A stretch of DNA of 23,807 nt from Polyangiaceae bacterium. Lineage in GTDB: Bacteria; Myxococcota_A; Polyangia; Polyangiales; Polyangiaceae. The stretch covers positions 1-23,807 of the forward strand of contig JBGANF010000120.1 in NCBI GenBank assembly GCA_044222475.1. The letters run 5' to 3'. The notes below the pieces were generated by a model. That model made no database searches and was not told the DNA's origin. It worked only from the letters and a program-made list of their open reading frames with translations. Numbering within the stretch: position 1 is the first letter of the stretch; each line of letters starts with the position of its first letter. A program made the position numbers and the translations under genes. Of this stretch, positions 18,834 to 23,807 are shown in pieces.

Positions 18834-19649
18834 ATGGCGAAGTCGAACCGACGGGAACTTCGCGACTCGGACCCGCGAACGAACGAGATCGCTCGGGAGC
18901 GAGAGCTCGCGCTCCTACGCCGTGAGGAAGAGCGCAAACGCGGGATCGCTTGGTTCGTCGTCATCGTCGTCGCGGTCGGCGTCGCAGCCGCATATGCAAT
19001 GGTTTCGGACTCGCTCAGAAACCCGGCCATGGCACCTGCCCGCTCGTCAGATACGGGAGGCGACCCCCGCGGGTCCCCAACGCCGACTTCCGCTGCGGCT
19101 TCGTCGACCATTGGGGTCCCGCCGCTCCTGCCGGGCGAGAAAGTCCCGATGGATCAGCCGAACTACTTCGAGCCCCGTGAGCAGGACTCCGGTGGCGTCA
19201 TGGCCTCCCTCGCCTCGTGCGAGGAGAGTGCACGGAAGAGTGGCCCCAACATTCCCGCGGAGCAGATTGCGCGATACTGCAGGTGCGTCACGGACGCGAT
19301 GCGCACGAACTTCCGGGTGACTCACGACAGCGCTCAGAGCGTGGCGACATGGGAACAGCTTCGAACCTGCGGAGCGACGACGAAGTCCGGAGCCGGTTCG
19401 CCATACGCGACGGCGTTTCCTCGGAGCACCGAGAACATCGTCGCGCTCTCGCTTGACTGCCTCAAGAAGAACGGTGCGAAGGACCACGGAGTCTTCTGCG
19501 GCTGCTACGTCGATGCCCTCATCAAGAACACGCGGCCCCTGGTCTCGCCAGAGGATGCTCGCGGTTGCGAGACTGCCGACCGCTACTTCGACGCCACGAA
19601 AACACACCTGACTCCGCGCCAGTTTGCGGCGCTGGAGAGAGGGCAGTAA
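18834..19649 (+). CDS. Hypothetical single-pass membrane protein with two C..CxCxxD..C repeats
   Basis: TM helix IAWFVVIVVAVGVAAAYAMV, repeats YCRCVTDAMR and FCGCYVDALIK, and TAGTGT 6 nt upstream of the ATG. Confidence 0.72.
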   Translation: MAKSNRRELRDSDPRTNEIARERELALLRREEERKRGIAWFVVIVVAVGVAAAYAMVSDSLRNPAMAPARSSDTGGDPRGSPTPTSAAASSTIGVPPLLPGEKVPMDQPNYFEPREQDSGGVMASLASCEESARKSGPNIPAEQIARYCRCVTDAMRTNFRVTHDSAQSVATWEQLRTCGATTKSGAGSPYATAFPRSTENIVALSLDCLKKNGAKDHGVFCGCYVDALIKNTRPLVSPEDARGCETADRYFDATKTHLTPRQFAALERGQ

Positions 19650-19870
19650 CCCTGACGACGTGCGACGTCGGGGCGTGGCCTGCTCCCCTCGAAGGGGCAC
19701 CTCGCCGATCGCCTAGAAGCCGGGTAGTCTACCGCTGCGTTCCGCGGTGGCATCGCGGACGCGCTCGCGGAATCCGGCGTGCTCCCCACGTGGTCGCCGA
19801 AGCAGGGCGAGCTTCAACGGCTCACCGTCGTAGACGGTGCTCGCCCTCGCGGGTGGCGGCGTTCATGGGA

Positions 19871-20030
19871 TTACGCAGCTTCCTTTGCGTCGTCAATCGG
19901 TCGCGGCTTGAGCGTCGCGTCGTGAGCGCGGAGCGCCGCGACGAGGGTCGACATGCCCTCGTGACCACGCAGCTTGCGGACGTCTTCGATGCCTCGCCGA
20001 GCGCAAGGGCGAGCCATCGGAGCAGCGCTG
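19871..20030 (-). pseudogene. IS256-like transposase C-terminal remnant with a 1 bp frameshift
   Basis: Reads ALLRWLALALGEASKT, then shifts frame near 19980 to RKLRGHEGMSTLVAALRAHDATLKPRPIDDAKEAA*. This resembles IS256-family C-termini (LRW...EA...FR(R/K)..G...M..LVAALRAHD) as I recall them. Confidence 0.6.
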
Positions 20031-20074
20031 CGGCTCGCAGCTCGAGACGTGCTCGTCTTCTGATGCGCCCAACG

Positions 20075-20665
20075 CTACCGGAAGTGCCGGCGACACTCGG
20101 GGCAACGGATGAGGTCGCGTTCGACGACGGCGCCGCAGCTCTTACAGGCGTGCATCCCACTGGCCGCGAGCAGCTCCGCTCCACGTCGCTTGGGCTTCGA
20201 CGTGCGGGGGCGTGGAGCCGGCGCCGTGGGCACTTCCAGTCCGAGCTTGCACTGCCAACACGTCGCTCGCGTCGCATTGTTCTTCGCGTCGCACTCAATG
20301 CATCGAACGAAGCGTCGAGGCTGCTCATCGCCATCGACTTCTACGTCTTCATCATCGACGTGGACGTCTTCGACGTCGTCGTCTTCGTCGGCCTCGTCCT
20401 CTTGAAGCCGCTCACGAGCCCGGCGGGCCGCTTCCGGGTCCGCCCTGAGGGCCGCGATGATGACGTCGATCGGGGTGTAGATAGCTGCGCCGATGACGTA
20501 GACCAACGGGTCAATGATGCCGATGATTGCGGCACCAGCGCACGCGATGCCCGTGGCCAGCAGGCACACCGCGAACGCCTGCCCCGCGCGCCATCGCGAT
20601 GAACGGAAGACCGGTAGCCGACGCAGAAGGAAGGCCACGATCGCTATTGCGAGAACTGCACCCAT
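20075..20665 (-). CDS. Hypothetical membrane protein with acidic linker and two zinc ribbons
   Basis: N-terminal hydrophobic helices, a D/E tract, CIEC..CWQC and CKSC..CPEC, and AGGGG upstream of the ATG. Confidence 0.65.
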   Translation of the reverse strand: MGAVLAIAIVAFLLRRLPVFRSSRWRAGQAFAVCLLATGIACAGAAIIGIIDPLVYVIGAAIYTPIDVIIAALRADPEAARRARERLQEDEADEDDDVEDVHVDDEDVEVDGDEQPRRFVRCIECDAKNNATRATCWQCKLGLEVPTAPAPRPRTSKPKRRGAELLAASGMHACKSCGAVVERDLIRCPECRRHFR

Positions 20666-20742
20666 CGTCCCCTACCGCACATCGTCGCCCGTCGGTCCAG
20701 GCCCCGCAACAACGACCGCGCATCGGCCGGGCGCCGCCACGT

Positions 20743-20763
20743 CTGAGGATTCAGAATCCTCAG
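20743..20763. promoter_or_regulatory. Perfect dyad (10-1-10), possible operator
   Basis: CTGAGGATTC-A-GAATCCTCAG, ~78 bp upstream of the 20665 start. Confidence 0.4.
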
Positions 20764-20942
20764 CGCGTGCTTGGTTTCGGCTGCGTTTCGTCGCGGTCGA
20801 CCAGCTTCGTGGCTGCGGTCGTCGTTGCGTGCCCCGTACAACCGTTTCTCTGGCGCGACCGGTGGCATGTGGTCACCGCTGATGAGGTGGAGCACTACAT
20901 CCAGTTGCATCGCTTCCTCGTCCGCTGCGGCTCGCCGCTCGA

Positions 20943-20978
20943 GGGACGCTGGATCTGTACGTGACGCGAAAGCCGTGA
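20943..20978 (+). repeat. 36 bp direct repeat, copy 2 (orphan duplicate of the gene 3' end)
   Basis: gggacgctggatctgtacgtgacgCgaaagccgtga. Confidence 0.92.
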
Positions 20979-21093
20979 TCCTCGCCGGGGCTTCCTTTGC
21001 ATTTTGCGAGTTTGGCCCTGCCGACTAGCACGGGTGGTCTCGGGTCACTCCGGGCGCATCGCCGACCACGTAAGGATTCGGTAGCCTAGAGCC

Positions 21094-21813
21094 ATGACGA
21101 TGCCGGGGGACAAGGACGGGCGTCACTTCACACTGGGCTTTGTGCTGACGATCCGAAAGACGCGCCGGTTTCGCGGTCACGAGACGCCGACGAAGGTCGC
21201 CTTGCTCATCGCGGCGTTGGCGCCAACGGCGTGCAAAAGACCGCCCTCCAACGCGTTCGATGGCGGCTCGGTTGTTGTCGGAAGCGCACCGACAGTCATC
21301 GCCACCCCGCGCGAACTCCGCGAGGAATCTGACGGCGGCGACGGAGTCGGCATTCCAATCGACCAACTCCCACTCGCCATCGTAGGAGACGCTCGGTCGA
21401 CCGGTCCTCCAGCGAGGACCGCACCGTCCGTCATCGCGAAGCGCAGGTCGATGTGCGAGTGCCTTTCCCAACTTGGCCAGATCCCAGACAACCTCACCTA
21501 CTACGGACGGCCCATCAGCATCGACGACGCCGTGCGGCTCGGCAGGTGCGGGCTTTCCTACGACCCAACGTGGTGCGAGTCGTCCTACCCGGGGGATTGC
21601 AACAAGATGTTCGAGTGCCACATCCTGACTCGCCCGCCCAATTGCCCGACCGGCATGCGTCTGACCTTCAACCAACATGTCTGCGCTCAGGTGTGCGGCC
21701 AAGGGCATCCACCGTGCCCCGCCGGTCTCGACTGTTGGGAGGACGAGCCGACGCCGATCTGCGCGTCGCAGGGAGCCGGCCGCATACGACTGGCTCCCGC
21801 CGACCGGCGTTAG
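21094..21813 (+). CDS. Hypothetical Cys-rich exported protein
   Basis: Hydrophobic stretch VALLIAALAPTAC, a C-terminal half with many Cys, and TAGCCT 6 nt upstream of the ATG. Confidence 0.55.
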   Translation: MTMPGDKDGRHFTLGFVLTIRKTRRFRGHETPTKVALLIAALAPTACKRPPSNAFDGGSVVVGSAPTVIATPRELREESDGGDGVGIPIDQLPLAIVGDARSTGPPARTAPSVIAKRRSMCECLSQLGQIPDNLTYYGRPISIDDAVRLGRCGLSYDPTWCESSYPGDCNKMFECHILTRPPNCPTGMRLTFNQHVCAQVCGQGHPPCPAGLDCWEDEPTPICASQGAGRIRLAPADRR

Positions 21814-21888
21814 GAGGGGCGACTGGAACAACCCGTCGCCCGGACGAGTTCCCTCCCTGAATGGGCAGAGTCCCGATAGCCTCGTGCA

Positions 21889-22125
21889 GTGCCGACCGTT
21901 CACACAGAAGGGCCGTTTCGGTTCTTCTTCTACAGTGGGGATCGCCCGGAGCGGCCACACATTCATGTCGAGCGAGACGACCGAATCGCGAAGTTCTGGC
22001 TCAATCCCGTCGAGGTCGCGAGCGATGGCCATTTTCGGGCGCCCGACCTCAAAGAAGCGCGTGCTATTGTAGACGAGCGAGAAAACGACTTCTTGGAGGC
22101 ATGGCGTGAACACTTCCGCGAGTGA
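21889..22125 (+). CDS. DUF4160 family protein (putative toxin of a DUF4160/DUF2442 pair)
   Basis: MPTV...FRFFFYS.D..E.PHIHVER....AKFWL.PV...FLEAW.EHF signature; 78 aa. Confidence 0.9.
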   Translation: MPTVHTEGPFRFFFYSGDRPERPHIHVERDDRIAKFWLNPVEVASDGHFRAPDLKEARAIVDERENDFLEAWREHFRE

Positions 22126-22543
22126 CAGCACCGACGGGTCGGTCCGAATCGAAGGCCTGAGGCCATCGCGTGGGGATCGCTTGATCGTCGTGCTCAGCGA
22201 CGGTCGCGTGCTCCATGTTCCGGTTGCGAGCTTCCGAAGGCTTGCCGAAGCGTCGACGGAGGCTCTCGCGCAGTTCAAGATTATCGGAGGAGGAGCCGGG
22301 GTTCGTTGGCCCGCCCTCGACGAGGACATCTCCGTCGGCGGCTTCCTCCGATTCGCCGATCTAGGCGCTGCTCCAAGGTGGGAGGACTTTGCCAGAGCGG
22401 TGGTGGAGGTTGCACTGAAGAACTGGGAACCGGTGCCTAACGCGCGACCTACGCAAGCACCATTCGTCACGAAGCCGATTGCAGCCCCCGCTGGCATCCC
22501 CGCGAATGCGGTTCCTTCCGCGCCTTTCCGATCAGTGGCATGA
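22106..22543 (+). CDS. DUF2442 family protein (putative antitoxin) with a ~60 aa C-terminal extension
   Basis: LIVVLSDGRVLHVP...F.RL..AS.....F.IIG.G.GVRWPALDEDISV.G signature. GGAGG lies upstream of the GTG, and the gene overlaps DUF4160. Confidence 0.88.
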   Translation: MNTSASDSTDGSVRIEGLRPSRGDRLIVVLSDGRVLHVPVASFRRLAEASTEALAQFKIIGGGAGVRWPALDEDISVGGFLRFADLGAAPRWEDFARAVVEVALKNWEPVPNARPTQAPFVTKPIAAPAGIPANAVPSAPFRSVA

Positions 22544-23031
22544 ACGTAAGCGGTCCGATCTTTACGAGCATCGCTGCAGGCCTCGTCGAGGACGGCCTTT
22601 CGTTCAGCTCTACCGTTTCTCGGAATGGAAACGGGATCGACGTCCGTCTATTCAACGTTCCGTTTTCGGTGGACGAAGTCCGGCGCTACAGCGTGACGGT
22701 GTACGTTGGTGGAGCCGTGATCGTCGCGCTTACGGCGCTGCTTTTGGAAGATGAGTCACGGCGCCTTGAGATCGGCGATTTCATCAGCGAGCACAACGCG
22801 CTCGCTCGTCTTGTGAAGCGTCCGGTTCCAGCGGCCGATCAGCGCATTGTATGGGTTGAAGCGGTAGTTCCCGTACCCACCGGCGCGGAGCCCATGCTCC
22901 CCGAGCTCGCAGTCGCGCCGATTCGCTCCGTTTCATCGGCGGTCACGCTCCTCTTGGAAACGTTCCAGCACGTCCTTCGTCCACTCGATGCGACGACGAG
23001 TTTGCCGATGATGGAAAGCACGACGGCGTAG
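22540..23031 (+). CDS. Putative YbjN/CesT (type III secretion chaperone-like) fold protein
   Basis: ATGA overlap with the DUF2442 stop. Pattern is helix (IFTSIAAGLVEDGLSF), three strands, helix with Asn (RRLEIGDFISEHNALARLVK), two strands (DQRIVWVEAVVP), then a C-terminal helix; 163 aa. The gene call is stronger than the fold call. Confidence 0.6.
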   Translation: MNVSGPIFTSIAAGLVEDGLSFSSTVSRNGNGIDVRLFNVPFSVDEVRRYSVTVYVGGAVIVALTALLLEDESRRLEIGDFISEHNALARLVKRPVPAADQRIVWVEAVVPVPTGAEPMLPELAVAPIRSVSSAVTLLLETFQHVLRPLDATTSLPMMESTTA

Positions 23032-23178
23032 CGCGCCCAAGGCCCGGGTCGTCAGACTGTGGCACGAGCAGCTGGGCAGTGAATTCGGCGGGCTCTGCTC
23101 TGTCGTGAACCTCGCCGATTGACATTTTCGCGACGGGTCCGGGTCGCGGGCGTGTGAGGATGTCCCAGGAGGAGCGCC

Positions 23179-23562
23179 ATGCCGATCATGTTTAGCTACA
23201 ATCTCACCGGGCAGGAGCCAGTGGACAACAACCACATCCAGAGCATGCTCGAACGGCTTGGATGGGAGAGCGTCGGCGGCAGCTCGTACCGATATCCCCC
23301 CCTCGCAGCTCGGAGCGGTCCGGAGGATTGGTTCAACAACGTGGTCCCCGCACTCATGCTCTTCCGCGCGTACGTGTTGAAGCGCAACCTCGTCGTGCCC
23401 AAGTTCAGCCTCGATGTGACCACGTCGACGGGGTTGAGCGACGCACCGGCTGGAGCGGCGCCTGCGGCGAGGCCGCTCTTGTCGCCACCGGGCAATGGAT
23501 CTTTCGGTGAGCAAAAACTGAAGGATTGGCTCGACGCCGTAACAAGCGCGGTGCCCTATTGA
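23179..23562 (+). CDS. Hypothetical protein, possibly VapD/Cas2-like ferredoxin fold
   Basis: Strong AGGAGG RBS. N-terminus IMFSYNL...IQSMLERLGWESVGGSSY resembles the Cas2/VapD pattern hhhYD(I/L)...L...G...Q.S.(F/Y). Confidence 0.6.
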   Translation: MPIMFSYNLTGQEPVDNNHIQSMLERLGWESVGGSSYRYPPLAARSGPEDWFNNVVPALMLFRAYVLKRNLVVPKFSLDVTTSTGLSDAPAGAAPAARPLLSPPGNGSFGEQKLKDWLDAVTSAVPY

Positions 23563-23601
23563 CCGCCATCTCCTCCGAAGCTCAGCGCCGCAGCCACGTT
23601 C

Positions 23602-23624
23602 GTGGCGGCGGATGTGGCGGCGGA
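23602..23624 (+). repeat. 11 bp direct repeat pair next to the tRNA 3' end
   Basis: gtggcggcgga-t-gtggcggcgga, ~50 bp from the tRNA CCA end. Confidence 0.6.
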
Positions 23625-23673
23625 AGGTGGGTCAGCAGCAACGAGAGAAGACGTAACCGTCGGAGATGATTCT

Positions 23674-23747
23674 TGGCTCGGGCGCAGAGATTCGAACTCC
23701 GATAAGAGGAATCAAAATCCTCTGTCCTGCCATTAGACGACGCCCGA
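23674..23747 (-). tRNA. tRNA-Gln(TTG)
   Basis: Minus strand reads TCGGGCGTCGTCTAATGGCAGGACAGAGGATTTTGATTCCTCTTATCGGAGTTCGAATCTCTGCGCCCGAGCCA. It has a 7 bp acceptor stem, a GAGGA/TCCTC anticodon stem with TTG, a GTTCGAAT T-loop and an encoded CCA. Confidence 0.96.
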
Positions 23748-23807
23748 AAAGCTGAAAAGCCGGCTGAACCTAGCGAAAATGGGGCTCCCGGGGAAGCCCG
23801 TTGCGAC

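Noticed and set aside
18708..20978. 36 bp repeat pair as a CRISPR repeat or a DGR template/variable repeat
   Set aside because: There are only two copies, 2.2 kb apart, with one synonymous mismatch. No cas or reverse transcriptase gene is in the window.
23119..23150. TTGACA as a sigma70 -35 box for the 23179 gene
   Set aside because: No plausible -10 hexamer lies at 16-18 bp spacing.
18744..23673. Intact prophage or ICE at tRNA-Gln
   Set aside because: No integrase, phage or conjugation genes, and no duplicated tRNA 3' end was found by eye.

Overview
GC-rich bacterial DNA that looks myxobacterial (Polyangiaceae-like), judging by a MYXO-CTERM-type tail, a TIGR02266-type PilZ protein and many lipoproteins. 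Bases 1-18743 look like core chromosome: a partial P-type ATPase, two lipoprotein type-B carboxylesterases around an RCC1-repeat lipoprotein, an M4/M36-type metallopeptidase, a SirB1-like protein, a deoxyhypusine-synthase-family enzyme, two divergent PilZ genes, a DsbA/HCCA isomerase, an ASPIC/UnbV plus RnfD/UnbU-like pair and a beta-propeller lipoprotein. Bases ~18744-23673 look accessory and end at the 3' end of a tRNA-Gln(TTG). This part holds a 2.2 kb segment bracketed by a 36 bp direct repeat of the upstream gene's 3' end, an IS256-like remnant and Cys-rich orphan genes. The most interesting element is an overlapping three-gene operon: DUF4160, DUF2442 with a long C-terminal tail, and a YbjN/CesT-like chaperone-fold protein. 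It resembles a toxin-antitoxin-chaperone system with a non-SecB chaperone and is followed by a VapD/Cas2-like ORF. Non-coding signals include a 123 bp inverted-repeat element, a ~205 nt candidate structured RNA and repeated TAnnnT-N6/7-start (leaderless-type) signatures. All family assignments come from motifs recognised by eye; no database searches were run.
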